A stretch of DNA of 64,000 nucleotides from an uncultured virus (IMG/VR IMGVR_UViG_3300014208_000430) (Duplodnaviria > Heunggongvirae > Uroviricota > Caudoviricetes), in IMG/VR virus record IMGVR_UViG_3300014208_000430; one strand, written 5' to 3'. The translations under genes were made by a program, and so were the position numbers. The notes beneath the pieces are model-generated. The model made no database searches and was not told where the DNA came from. It saw only the letters and a program-made list of their open reading frames with translations. Positions 28,860 through 38,135 of the stretch are shown piece by piece (the stretch's first letter is position 1; each line of letters starts with the position of its first letter).

Positions 28860-29882
28860 TTATAACCTCTTACATAAAAATCTTTCTTTTAATTCATTTA
28901 AATAAGGATCAATATTATCAGCCATTCCATGAGATAACTGCGAACATTTTCTACATATAGAATGATCTTTTCTTTTTTCGTCTAAGTTCATAAATTGATA
29001 TTTAAATAACTTAAATCCATCCCATATTTCTTTGAGACTTTGATGTTTGACATCTCCAATTATCATCTTGTGTTGCCAATCTAAGAAACATACACTTACA
29101 GTTCCATCACTGTTTACTGACATCGAATAAAATATATATGGACAACAATTTACTTCTGATATAGGTTGATTATAGATTCCTTTTTCTTTTGATAATATAA
29201 TATTTGCTTCTTTTTCTACATCAAATTCTGGCCAGCAATTCATAGAGTTCTCTATAAAGATTCGGTCGCAGTAGTTTCCGAAAGTTTCATAAAAAAATTC
29301 CTTTCCTTTAGGTGTTAAATTGTCACCAGGTATTTTTATTACAATTTCACAGTTTCCTTTTATTTTATAAAGAGATTTTATATTTTCTACATAATTGTTA
29401 AAATCCACTTTAACACCAGAAAATTCTAAGAAATCTTTGTTAGATATACCATTTACAGATATGTTTATTTTATCTAAGCCTGCTTCTATTATTGGTTCTA
29501 ACCAAGAATTATTTATAAAAAATCCATTAGTTGTAGTATCAATATATTGTACATGATTACTATCTTTTGCATACTTGATCATAAATGAGAGATTTGGATT
29601 TAACAGTGGCTCTCCATCCTTATATAACCGCAAGGTTTTTAATGGTTTATCGAATTCTTTTAAGTCATCTATAATCTTTTTGTATAAGTCAAAGTCCATT
29701 GTACATTGAGTTCTTCCAGACTCTTTTATAATTTCAGGATGACCATTTGGACAAAATTTGCATCTAAAATTGCATATACTGGATGGATCGACAAATAATA
29801 TAAAAGGTGTCGATAAAGGAATAACATCTTGTAAAGGTGTACGACCTTCAGTGTTTATTCTTGGCTGTATTTTAGCTTTCAT
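28860..29882 (-). CDS. Radical SAM protein with SPASM/twitch domain
   Basis: ORF track to 29927; ATGA-coupled start 29882 (MKAKIQPR); CNFRCKFC, GEPLL, CPYIF..DGTVSVC..CRKC. Confidence 0.9.
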   Translation of the reverse strand: MKAKIQPRINTEGRTPLQDVIPLSTPFILFVDPSSICNFRCKFCPNGHPEIIKESGRTQCTMDFDLYKKIIDDLKEFDKPLKTLRLYKDGEPLLNPNLSFMIKYAKDSNHVQYIDTTTNGFFINNSWLEPIIEAGLDKINISVNGISNKDFLEFSGVKVDFNNYVENIKSLYKIKGNCEIVIKIPGDNLTPKGKEFFYETFGNYCDRIFIENSMNCWPEFDVEKEANIILSKEKGIYNQPISEVNCCPYIFYSMSVNSDGTVSVCFLDWQHKMIIGDVKHQSLKEIWDGFKLFKYQFMNLDEKRKDHSICRKCSQLSHGMADNIDPYLNELKERFLCKRL

Positions 29883-30163
29883 AAATTCTCTGTTTGTATA
29901 TTCTGCACACACATCTGTCCATTCCATAATTTATAAAGTTCTGTAAAAGATTTGAAATCTCTAATTCCTTTGTTTGGAACATATTTTTTGTTTTCTATTG
30001 AACCTCTACAAGTTCTTAATCCGAGATATTCTCCTCTCGAATCATATATCATATCCACATTTACAGTTTTCTTAAAAACAGTTGCATAATATCCATAATT
30101 ATTTCCTAATTCAACACAACCAGTTACACAATTATAAAACTCTTTCTTTTTAATATTAGTCAT
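29879..30163 (-). CDS. Hypothetical protein (94 aa)
   Basis: ORF track; abuts both neighbours. Confidence 0.5.
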   Translation of the reverse strand: MTNIKKKEFYNCVTGCVELGNNYGYYATVFKKTVNVDMIYDSRGEYLGLRTCRGSIENKKYVPNKGIRDFKSFTELYKLWNGQMCVQNIQTENL

Positions 30164-31012
30164 TTAAACTCCATATTTTAAAGTTAAATATCTTTTCAAT
30201 GCATTTTTCCAATCTGGTAAAGTAATTCCTAAATCTTTGGATCTTGTATTTTCTAATACAGTATATTCTGGTCTTTTTACACCATTATAATAACACTTTT
30301 GGTCTACAGGAAAAACTGGATTATCTATGTCCATTATACTATAAATTTCTTTTGTTAGTTCATAATATGAATGCCAACCCTCATTTACCAGATGATATAT
30401 TCCCCAGCAATCTTTTTTTATTAATTCTAAAACAGCTTTACTTAAATCTGCTGTATAAGTTGAACTTAATAATTGTTTACAATCAACTTCAATACTGTTA
30501 TATTTTTTAGAATCATCAATTCTGGCATCTACAAAGTTATTCCTTCCACTTGTTCCATATAAAACAGATGTTCTTATTACTGTACTTGTATCATACCACA
30601 GTGCTGCATGTTCACCTGATAATTTGGATAATCCATACATTTGAAGAGGTTCAGTTTCTTCATACTCATTATAAAAGTTGTGCAATCCATTAAATACATA
30701 GTTTGTACTAAATGTGATAAATTTTATGTGATGATTATTGCACATTTCTGCCATGTTTTTTACAGAAATACAATTATATCTAAATGCAGACAGAGGATTT
30801 TGTTCACATTGTTTGAGGATATGATATGCTGCAGTATTTATAACAACATCTGGCTTTTCGTTTCTTATAATTTTTAAAAATTTCCAATGATCAGATATAT
30901 CAAGTTCTTTTTTATCTGGAGCTATAACAGTAAATTCATCTGAAGACTTGCCTGCATCAATAATTAGTTGACTACCAAGTTGACCAGTCTTTCCTATTAT
31001 TAATAATTTCAT
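30164..31012 (-). CDS. rfbD: NDP-4-keto-6-deoxyhexose reductase (RmlD/RfbD family)
   Basis: MKLLIIGKTGQLG, PDVVINTAAY, STNYVF, YGLSKLSGE (YxxxK); ATGA-coupled start 31012. Confidence 0.85.
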   Translation of the reverse strand: MKLLIIGKTGQLGSQLIIDAGKSSDEFTVIAPDKKELDISDHWKFLKIIRNEKPDVVINTAAYHILKQCEQNPLSAFRYNCISVKNMAEMCNNHHIKFITFSTNYVFNGLHNFYNEYEETEPLQMYGLSKLSGEHAALWYDTSTVIRTSVLYGTSGRNNFVDARIDDSKKYNSIEVDCKQLLSSTYTADLSKAVLELIKKDCWGIYHLVNEGWHSYYELTKEIYSIMDIDNPVFPVDQKCYYNGVKRPEYTVLENTRSKDLGITLPDWKNALKRYLTLKYGV

Positions 31013-31461
31013 CCGTTCTTCACGTCCCACTTATATGGGATTGTATGATTATTAGTTGGTTCAAGTCTTTCAATTTCATTAGGATCATGTGGAATCGTTG
31101 CACAGTTTGCAACTATAGCATCAGTATTTCCTATTGCTTTAAATCCATTCCAAACTAAAGGTGGTACAGATACTAAACAATAATTATCTTGACCTATAAA
31201 AATCTCTTGTAATTCAGCCCACGTTTCTGAATATTGTCGGTCATCATACAAAACTAACTTTATGTTTCCAGATACTACAGCATAGTTTATTGTCATCTTT
31301 TCATGACAGTGCCATGCTTTTATAACATTAGGATGTATTGTAGAAAAATATATTTCTCCAAACTTTTCAAAATGTTCATCGGTACATTTTAACATGTGCA
31401 TAACTTTTCCTCTTTCATCAACAATTTGTTTAAGAGGAATTATTTTTACTCCTTCTATCAT
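31009..31461 (-). CDS. rfbC: NDP-4-keto-6-deoxyhexose 3,5-epimerase (RmlC/RfbC cupin family)
   Basis: MIEGVKI..LK...DERG, KAWHCH, VPPLVWNGF. Confidence 0.85.
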   Translation of the reverse strand: MIEGVKIIPLKQIVDERGKVMHMLKCTDEHFEKFGEIYFSTIHPNVIKAWHCHEKMTINYAVVSGNIKLVLYDDRQYSETWAELQEIFIGQDNYCLVSVPPLVWNGFKAIGNTDAIVANCATIPHDPNEIERLEPTNNHTIPYKWDVKNG

Positions 31462-31578
31462 ATGTTAACTCCAGGATGAATAATTATAAGTGTCATTATT
31501 ATCAAAAAAATAATAATTAATTTAATTCCAACTTTTGCCATATTATCAAGTTCTTCTTTACTAGGTTTATTGCTCATG

Positions 31579-32808
31579 TTACTCCAGAATTTCAATTTTA
31601 GGTATGAGTGTTATTAATTTACAATTCCATTCTTTTGTATATTCTAATTGTTTAACAATTTCATGTTTGATGTTCCAAGGCATTATAATGATATAGTCAG
31701 GTTTAGTTTCTTTAATTTTATCTGGATGATAAATTGGAATGTGAGTCCCTGGTAAATATAAATCTTGTTTATGTGGACTTATATCTACAATGTAGTCTAT
31801 AAATTCTTTTCCAATTCCACAATAATTTAATAACGTATTTGCTTTTGCTGCTGCACCATAACAAACTATTTTTTTCTTAAATGATGATACTGATATAAAT
31901 TGTAGAATGTTTTTTCTATATTGTATTACTCTATTTGCAAAATCATAGTAATAAGTATGTAAGTTATCTAGACTATATTGAGATTCTTCCATTAATATAC
32001 GACCAACATTTGAAGATTCCTTTTTTGTGTAATCATCTAAATGACATACATAAATTCGAAGTGAACCACCGTGTGTTGGAATTTCTTCAACATCGTATAT
32101 AAATAATTTGTTTCCTCTCAATAATCTGTTAGCAGTTGATAAAGAAAAGTAAGAGTAATGCTCATGATAGATTGTGTCAAACAAGTTGTTTTTCATTAAC
32201 TGGAGCAAGTGTGGAAATTCTAATGTTATTGTTCCATCGCTCTTTAATGCTTTTTTCATAGCATACACAAACTCGTTTAGATTTGGATTGTGTGCAAAAA
32301 CGTTGTTTCCTATTATCAAATCTATAACAGGATTTCCTAATAAATTTTCTACATAATGTAGATTAAAAAAAGATTTATGTGTCTTAATTCCCTTGACGAT
32401 TGCTGCATTTGCAGTATCTAATGATGGTTCTACACCAACAATATTCGTAATACCATATTTTTCAAAGTTTTGTAATAAACAACCATCATTTGAACCGATT
32501 TCAATTACTCTACTTTTATTATTCAATTTCAAACGTTCGACTATCATACTAACATATTGTTCACAGTGTTCTACCCATGTTTTTGAGTATGATGAAAAGT
32601 ATGCATAATCAGATTTAAATATGTTATTAGATGGAACATAATCTGCAACTTGAACTAATTTACATGTTGGACATACATAAACATCTAATGGATAATACTC
32701 TTCTTTTTTATATAAATCTTCTTCTTTTATAAAAGAATTTGAAAGAGGTTGATTTCCGAGCGACAAGAATGGTTTTTCTATATTAGTGTTACATATTCGA
32801 CATTTCAT
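31579..32808 (-). CDS. NDP-hexose C3-methyltransferase (TylCIII/EryBIII/NovU-like)
   Basis: CRIC..LG.QPLSN..CPTCKLVQ, YAYFSS, EIGSNDG, NNVFAH, FDTIYHEH, GGSLR, YGAAAKANTLLNY, PGTHIPI. Confidence 0.9.
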   Translation of the reverse strand: MKCRICNTNIEKPFLSLGNQPLSNSFIKEEDLYKKEEYYPLDVYVCPTCKLVQVADYVPSNNIFKSDYAYFSSYSKTWVEHCEQYVSMIVERLKLNNKSRVIEIGSNDGCLLQNFEKYGITNIVGVEPSLDTANAAIVKGIKTHKSFFNLHYVENLLGNPVIDLIIGNNVFAHNPNLNEFVYAMKKALKSDGTITLEFPHLLQLMKNNLFDTIYHEHYSYFSLSTANRLLRGNKLFIYDVEEIPTHGGSLRIYVCHLDDYTKKESSNVGRILMEESQYSLDNLHTYYYDFANRVIQYRKNILQFISVSSFKKKIVCYGAAAKANTLLNYCGIGKEFIDYIVDISPHKQDLYLPGTHIPIYHPDKIKETKPDYIIIMPWNIKHEIVKQLEYTKEWNCKLITLIPKIEILE

Positions 32809-32809
32809 A

Positions 32810-33520
32810 TTAAATCCTCAACCAATCTAATTCTTCATTATTCTTAGTTCTTTCATAATATAGATTAGATATTTCAAGTTCGTCTTTTCTAGTATTTAAT
32901 GTTATAAAGAAATCATCATGTTTATAAGCACCTAGTTGATTCTCTTGTGCCAACTTAACAAGAATATCTTTTTCTAGTTCTTGATTTTTATTTTCATCTA
33001 TCCAATCAAAGATTTTTCTATTAAAAATAAAGAAGCCACCATTAACATAAGTATCCATTTTAGGTTTTTCTTTAAAATCTGTAACATTTCCTTTAGCATC
33101 GAATTTCAATTCTCCAAAAGGATTTCGTGGTTTCATAGCAGTTAGAGTTGCAATATTCTTATTTGTCAAATGTCGAACTTCTAATTTCATCAAATTTACA
33201 TTCGATAATCCATCAGAATAATTGCACATAAAATTATCGTCAGTAATATAATTTTCAACTAATTTTAATCTCTTAGCAGTATTACTTTCTAAACCAGTAT
33301 CTACGAATGTTATTGAACAATTATTATCACTTTTTGTAAAGTATTTGATAGTTTCTTCTTTTTTCCATCCAAGACATAAAATAAGTTCATCATAACCTTG
33401 TTTAACATAAATATCCATCAGATGTTGTATTACAGGTTTACCACCTATAGATGCAAGATATTTAGGTTTATCTGTGTCATATCTTGTTCCCTTTCCACCA
33501 GCTAAGATAACTACCTTCAT
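32810..33520 (-). CDS. rfbF: Glucose-1-phosphate cytidylyltransferase-like sugar nucleotidyltransferase
   Basis: MKVVILAGGKGTR, IGGKP, VDTGLES.T..RL, YSDGLSNVNL, EKP, NGGFF. Confidence 0.8.
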   Translation of the reverse strand: MKVVILAGGKGTRYDTDKPKYLASIGGKPVIQHLMDIYVKQGYDELILCLGWKKEETIKYFTKSDNNCSITFVDTGLESNTAKRLKLVENYITDDNFMCNYSDGLSNVNLMKLEVRHLTNKNIATLTAMKPRNPFGELKFDAKGNVTDFKEKPKMDTYVNGGFFIFNRKIFDWIDENKNQELEKDILVKLAQENQLGAYKHDDFFITLNTRKDELEISNLYYERTKNNEELDWLRI

Positions 33521-34494
33521 TGAGAATCAAACCATCCTTTATACTTTTCGATAGTTTCCTTCAAACCTTCTTCTAAAGAATATTCAGGACTCCATTTTAT
33601 AGCTGTTCGAAGTTTTGTAGTGTCCAAAAACTGAGTTTCAATTTCTCTAAAAGTCTTTTCTCTTTCTTTAAATTTAAGTTCTTTTTCACAATTTGATAAT
33701 TCTAAAAATTTTTCTACAATATCTTTTGTTGAAATCATACATCCAGATGATATATTATATGCATTATATTTGGTTTTGTCTATATTTTCAATAAGTAAAT
33801 TTATTGCTCTAACTAAGTCTTTTACATATATATATTCTCGTATATATCCATATGAACCTTTATTTAATATTAATTGTTCATTTTTAATACAGGATTTCGA
33901 AAGAGTTGGAATAAGACGTGTCCAATTAAAATCAATCCCATATGCATTACAAGGACGACCTACAACAATTGGCAAATTATAATTTTTTGCATAGGTTCTT
34001 GATATAATATCTTCACACGACTTACTACTAGAATACACGTCATCTATATTAAAAGACATATCTTCTTTGTAAGGCAATTCATTATGTGAACCATACGCCT
34101 TGTCACTTGACATAATAAAAGTTGGTAAATATTTATTATAATGTGATGATACATTTCTTACAGCTTCTAATAAACATATTGTTCCAAATATGTTTGTTGA
34201 GTATGTTGCTAACGGAGCTTTCGCTGCATTTTTAACAATTGCTTGTGAGGCTAAGTGATATACATTATCTATATCATACTGAACTAGAATATTCTCAAAA
34301 TTAGAATAGTTTGATATATCTCCAAGTAAAAGATTGATATTTTTTCGTTCGTCTAATTTTAATGCATTAAAAGTAGATTCATTTTTGACTGAACGAAATA
34401 ATCCATAAATGTTGTTATTTTTATCTTCAGATAGTCGTTCTGCTAAGTGTGCTCCTATGAAACCAGTTATACCAGTAATGAGTATATTAGTCAT
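33517..34494 (-). CDS. NDP-hexose 4,6-dehydratase (RfbG/Gmd-like extended SDR)
   Basis: ILITGITGFIG, YHLASQAIV, SSDKAYG, YSSSK. Confidence 0.8.
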   Translation of the reverse strand: MTNILITGITGFIGAHLAERLSEDKNNNIYGLFRSVKNESTFNALKLDERKNINLLLGDISNYSNFENILVQYDIDNVYHLASQAIVKNAAKAPLATYSTNIFGTICLLEAVRNVSSHYNKYLPTFIMSSDKAYGSHNELPYKEDMSFNIDDVYSSSKSCEDIISRTYAKNYNLPIVVGRPCNAYGIDFNWTRLIPTLSKSCIKNEQLILNKGSYGYIREYIYVKDLVRAINLLIENIDKTKYNAYNISSGCMISTKDIVEKFLELSNCEKELKFKEREKTFREIETQFLDTTKLRTAIKWSPEYSLEEGLKETIEKYKGWFDSQ

Positions 34495-34498
34495 TTAA

Positions 34499-34627
34499 TC
34501 ATTCCTTCGATTCACAACTGTCACAGTTCATATCAATAGCAAAAGATAGAAATATTTCAGCCTTTTCGCATTGTTTTCTTATGTTATTATATTTACATCC
34601 AATTTCTGGACAATTTATAACTGTCAT
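34499..34627 (-). CDS. Small Cys-rich protein (42 aa)
   Basis: Manual translation MTVINCPEIGCKYNNIRKQCEKAEIFLSFAIDMNCDSCESKE; AGGA SD. Confidence 0.5.
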   Translation of the reverse strand: MTVINCPEIGCKYNNIRKQCEKAEIFLSFAIDMNCDSCESKE

Positions 34628-34751
34628 TTTACTTCCTTTGTCTAATTTAATATTTTATTATATCTATTAAAGTGGATATTTAGATTGTGAAAACATTGAT
34701 CTAGAAGGAAAAAATGTTCTAATACCATTCACCATAAATATAAAAATTTGA

Positions 34752-35003
34752 TTACTTCCTTTTATCTAGTTCTGATTGAATACTATCTAATAAAATCTTA
34801 ACTGCAAACGTTGGCATATCATTAATATAATCTTTTGAACCATCTCTTATTTTTGGAAGCTGCCCCATTATTAAAGACTTTGTGAAACCATTCATTTTTC
34901 TGTCATTTTTTATGTTTGTATCTATGTTTACAAATAAAAGATCGATTATATTTTTTGCAACTTGATTATCCTTAGAAGTATTTTTTGGATTAAAATTTAA
35001 CAT
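34752..35003 (-). CDS. Hypothetical protein (83 aa)
   Basis: ORF track. Confidence 0.6.
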   Translation of the reverse strand: MLNFNPKNTSKDNQVAKNIIDLLFVNIDTNIKNDRKMNGFTKSLIMGQLPKIRDGSKDYINDMPTFAVKILLDSIQSELDKRK

Positions 35004-35012
35004 AAAATCCTT

Positions 35013-35522
35013 CTATTTGACACCTTTAAGTTTGCTAAAATCAAATAACTTTGCACCTGTTCCATGACAAAATGGACATGAATCTACTTTGATACCACTA
35101 TTTAAAGGAAGTCCACAGGTTTTACATTTAGCATCTGCATCTTTTGGTACAATGACATACTCTTTTCCACATGATCCATCAGCACATTTAAGATTTAGTC
35201 CATTTCCAACCATTTTATGCATTCCACCTTTCATGCATGTTGGACATGGAATATCTTCATGATTATGATCATGTTCTTTCTTTTCTTCTTTCTTTTCACC
35301 TTCAGGAACTTCTTTCTTATCATCAATGGATTTTTGAGCAGCTTGCTTTGCTTTTATTTTTGCAAGAATGTCATCTATTTTTTCTTTCTTTTCGTCTTCC
35401 TTTGGTTTATTTGAATCTTTTATCGTTTGTGTTAGCTTGTCTAACTTTTCATTCAATTCAGAAGTCTTCCCTTCTATCATTTTTTCAATTTCATCTGTTT
35501 GTGGTCTTGTTGTTGCTATCAT
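35013..35522 (-). CDS. Coiled-coil protein with His-rich linker and double zinc ribbon
   Basis: HDHNHE, CPTC, CADGSC, CKTC, CPFC; GGAG SD. Confidence 0.7.
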   Translation of the reverse strand: MIATTRPQTDEIEKMIEGKTSELNEKLDKLTQTIKDSNKPKEDEKKEKIDDILAKIKAKQAAQKSIDDKKEVPEGEKKEEKKEHDHNHEDIPCPTCMKGGMHKMVGNGLNLKCADGSCGKEYVIVPKDADAKCKTCGLPLNSGIKVDSCPFCHGTGAKLFDFSKLKGVK

Positions 35523-35534
35523 AACTTTATCTCC

Positions 35535-37034
35535 TTAATTTACAAGTTCATTGTCAATATTATATATTTCCTGCTGATGTTTTACAATTCTTTTAAACTT
35601 TCTTTTTGGTGTATCTTGTTTATCTAATGTACCTTGAGTTGGTGTGTCAGTATCAACTTTTTCGTTTTCTTTTTTTATATCAGCTTCTTTTGAAGGTTCT
35701 TCAACTTTTTCTTCAACTTTAGATTCAACTGATTCATCAGAAGTTTTTTCTAGTTCTTCTTTTTCTTCTGGTTCATCTAATTCCTCTTCTAATTCTTCTT
35801 CTAAAATTTCTTCAGTTTCACCAGACATTTTGAAAGTTGAATTTCCATCCTTATCTTTAACTTCCTCTAACACACTTTCTTTTGGTTCTTCTTTAACTTT
35901 TTCTGGTTTAGGTTGAGATTGTTGAGGCTGGGATTGAGGTTTAGGATCTTCAAAGAAAGAATTTTTTATGTTAGCTCCTCCAATATCATCAACATTAACC
36001 TTGATTGGAGACGCAAATAGATTAACTTCCCTTCTTTCTATATTAACTCGATTTTGTCTTGGAATTTCATTTTCATCATCCCATTTCCTATCTTCGTTAA
36101 CTTCGGGATATTCTGGTTCAATTTCCTTAGGTTTCTTCTTATTATCTACCTTGTTTTGTAAATCGACAATAATACCTTTCATATTAGTTACTTCTTGAAG
36201 AAGAAGTGACACAGCATTAGTTAATTGATCAGTGTTCGCTGTGGAAGGATTAGGGGTGTTTATATTTCTTGCGTTTCGTATATCATTCTGGTGATTTTCT
36301 AACATTCCCTTTGCAGCATTTAAACTCAAACCCATAACACTCGCATACTGTTTTATATGTTCAGGATTATTTGGATCTAATTGTAAAACCATATCTTTTG
36401 ACTTTTCTGCTTGATCTCCTTCTGTTAGTTCAGCCGGTTGACCACCAATTTTTCGATTTATATTATCAGCAAGTTCTTGACTTTTTTGTGGACCTAATAC
36501 ATTGCCTAATGCTTGTATAGCACCTTGAATGTTTCCACCTAACGATTCACCAAAACCATGAGCTGCAGCTGTATTCAGTAAATCTATTATAAAACTTGAT
36601 CTTCCTACTGGAATACCTGTTCCTCCACCTCCAACACCACCAAGCATTTTTGATGCTACATCTATACTTACTTTTTGAACTACTTCAGAAACTGCTGCTT
36701 CTATAGGAGAAGGTGGTGATTCAAAAGCATTCTTCATTTGTTGAATTGTTTTTAATGTATTAGAAACTGATCTGAATGCTTTTCTATCAAAATTTACCAT
36801 GTCAGCTGAATCTTCTTCGAATAACATACCTTCTTTATTATCATCAGTTTCATTAGTCTGTTCTGGAACTTTAGCTTGATTTTGTTGATATTGAAACTGT
36901 TGAAACTTTTCAAATTTTGATGTTTGTTTTTCTAAAGCTTCGTCTACCATTCGCCTTGCTGTTTCCATATCAACCAATTGAGAAGGAGGCTTCTTTTCTG
37001 GTTCAACTTTGTCTGGTAATGCGACTGCTTTCAT
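35535..37034 (-). CDS. Hypothetical protein with amphipathic Gly-rich core and long acidic disordered tail
   Basis: ORF track; strong GGAGGAG SD; GGVGGGG/GFGESLGG core; EEILEEELEEELDE tail. Confidence 0.75.
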   Translation of the reverse strand: MKAVALPDKVEPEKKPPSQLVDMETARRMVDEALEKQTSKFEKFQQFQYQQNQAKVPEQTNETDDNKEGMLFEEDSADMVNFDRKAFRSVSNTLKTIQQMKNAFESPPSPIEAAVSEVVQKVSIDVASKMLGGVGGGGTGIPVGRSSFIIDLLNTAAAHGFGESLGGNIQGAIQALGNVLGPQKSQELADNINRKIGGQPAELTEGDQAEKSKDMVLQLDPNNPEHIKQYASVMGLSLNAAKGMLENHQNDIRNARNINTPNPSTANTDQLTNAVSLLLQEVTNMKGIIVDLQNKVDNKKKPKEIEPEYPEVNEDRKWDDENEIPRQNRVNIERREVNLFASPIKVNVDDIGGANIKNSFFEDPKPQSQPQQSQPKPEKVKEEPKESVLEEVKDKDGNSTFKMSGETEEILEEELEEELDEPEEKEELEKTSDESVESKVEEKVEEPSKEADIKKENEKVDTDTPTQGTLDKQDTPKRKFKRIVKHQQEIYNIDNELVN

Positions 37035-37058
37035 TTTGTAAACTCCTCCTTCATTAAA

Positions 37059-37598
37059 CTATAATTTTGTATTTTCCCATAGATCGATATCCATTGCAAA
37101 TTTTGTATTATTACAATCGATATCTTTATCTGAATTTATAACATAAAATTTCAATATATCTGTACTTTTTAAGCACACACCTTCATTTAAACTATACCAT
37201 TCTTTATCAGATTTAGTTTTATGTGGAAGTTTTTTCTGCCAATCTGTTATAGAAATATCTTTATAAAAAACATTATCAACATTAGTAACACTACCATCAA
37301 CCTTTTCTCTTGTTATTCTAATTCTTGTATCTGGTGATATTTCTTCATTATTTTTATTAGCAATTGTTATTCTTATTTTATGCAGTGTATTAATATTGTA
37401 AGTATCGTCTAAATGTTGTTTTCCTGATAATGTGATTAAATGTCTCGAAGGACATCTTACACTTATAATATCTCCTGTACATTCTTTACATAAATTTTTG
37501 AAGGTTGTAATTTCATCAGAACCATCTAAACACATTTGTATTCTTTTATACTTATTCAATTTTAGATGTTCTATTAACATCATATAATTATTTTTCAT
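37059..37598 (-). CDS. Paralog 2 of the putative jelly-roll capsid protein
   Basis: Aligns by eye end to end with 2680-3270 (ISVRCP/IDVRAP, TRIRITREK/TKIRITKEK, VFYKD/VFYAD, EWY, NTKFAMDIDLW/NTRFSLDADLW); start moved to ATG 37598 behind GGAG. Confidence 0.7.
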   Translation of the reverse strand: MKNNYMMLIEHLKLNKYKRIQMCLDGSDEITTFKNLCKECTGDIISVRCPSRHLITLSGKQHLDDTYNINTLHKIRITIANKNNEEISPDTRIRITREKVDGSVTNVDNVFYKDISITDWQKKLPHKTKSDKEWYSLNEGVCLKSTDILKFYVINSDKDIDCNNTKFAMDIDLWENTKL

Positions 37599-37614
37599 AA
37601 TTATCTCCACTCAA

Positions 37615-38115
37615 TTATTCATCTTTATACAGAAGATATAATCCCAAATTAAATTTTATATTTTCAACCTTTATATTAGAATCTATAATTTTAAACTTTA
37701 GAGATTCTTTACTCTTGAGAACAATTTGTTTTTTGAATCTAAAAATTTCCTTATTTAATTTATACTTGTTGAAAGATTCGTTAAAATTAGTTGTACTTAT
37801 ATCTTTGTAAGACAATTCACACAATTCTACATCTTTACGAAGAACTTTATTTTTTAACAGTTTGATTTTTGTGTCAGGTTTTAATTCTTCATTATTAGAA
37901 TTAGATATTTTAATTTCAAATCTTGGAATTTTTTCTATTTGACAATCTTTAGAAAAATCTTCGATACCAGGAATTTTTAATATTTGTCCATCTGAACATG
38001 TAATTTCAATAATTATTCCATCATTAATGTCATAATTTATTTTGGATAATCTAGTATGTAATTCATCTAAATTAATGAATTCTTTAGTATATCCTTTTTC
38101 GTCGATCTTAGACAT
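37615..38115 (-). CDS. Paralog 3 (most diverged) of the putative jelly-roll capsid protein
   Basis: EKGYTKEFINLDELHT vs NKGWRREQLSIDELNT; NNEELKPDTKIKL; SYKDIS; FRFKKQIVL. Confidence 0.6.
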   Translation of the reverse strand: MSKIDEKGYTKEFINLDELHTRLSKINYDINDGIIIEITCSDGQILKIPGIEDFSKDCQIEKIPRFEIKISNSNNEELKPDTKIKLLKNKVLRKDVELCELSYKDISTTNFNESFNKYKLNKEIFRFKKQIVLKSKESLKFKIIDSNIKVENIKFNLGLYLLYKDE

Positions 38116-38135
38116 ATTTATTCCTATTATAAGTG

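Noticed and set aside
4092..29882. RiPP cluster (peptides as precursors for the radical SAM enzymes) as the main interpretation
   Set aside because: No shared leader, peptidase, exporter or RRE recognised; the enzymes lie 9 kb or more away among sugar genes, while the peptides are co-operonic with the capsid-like gene. Kept only as a minor alternative.
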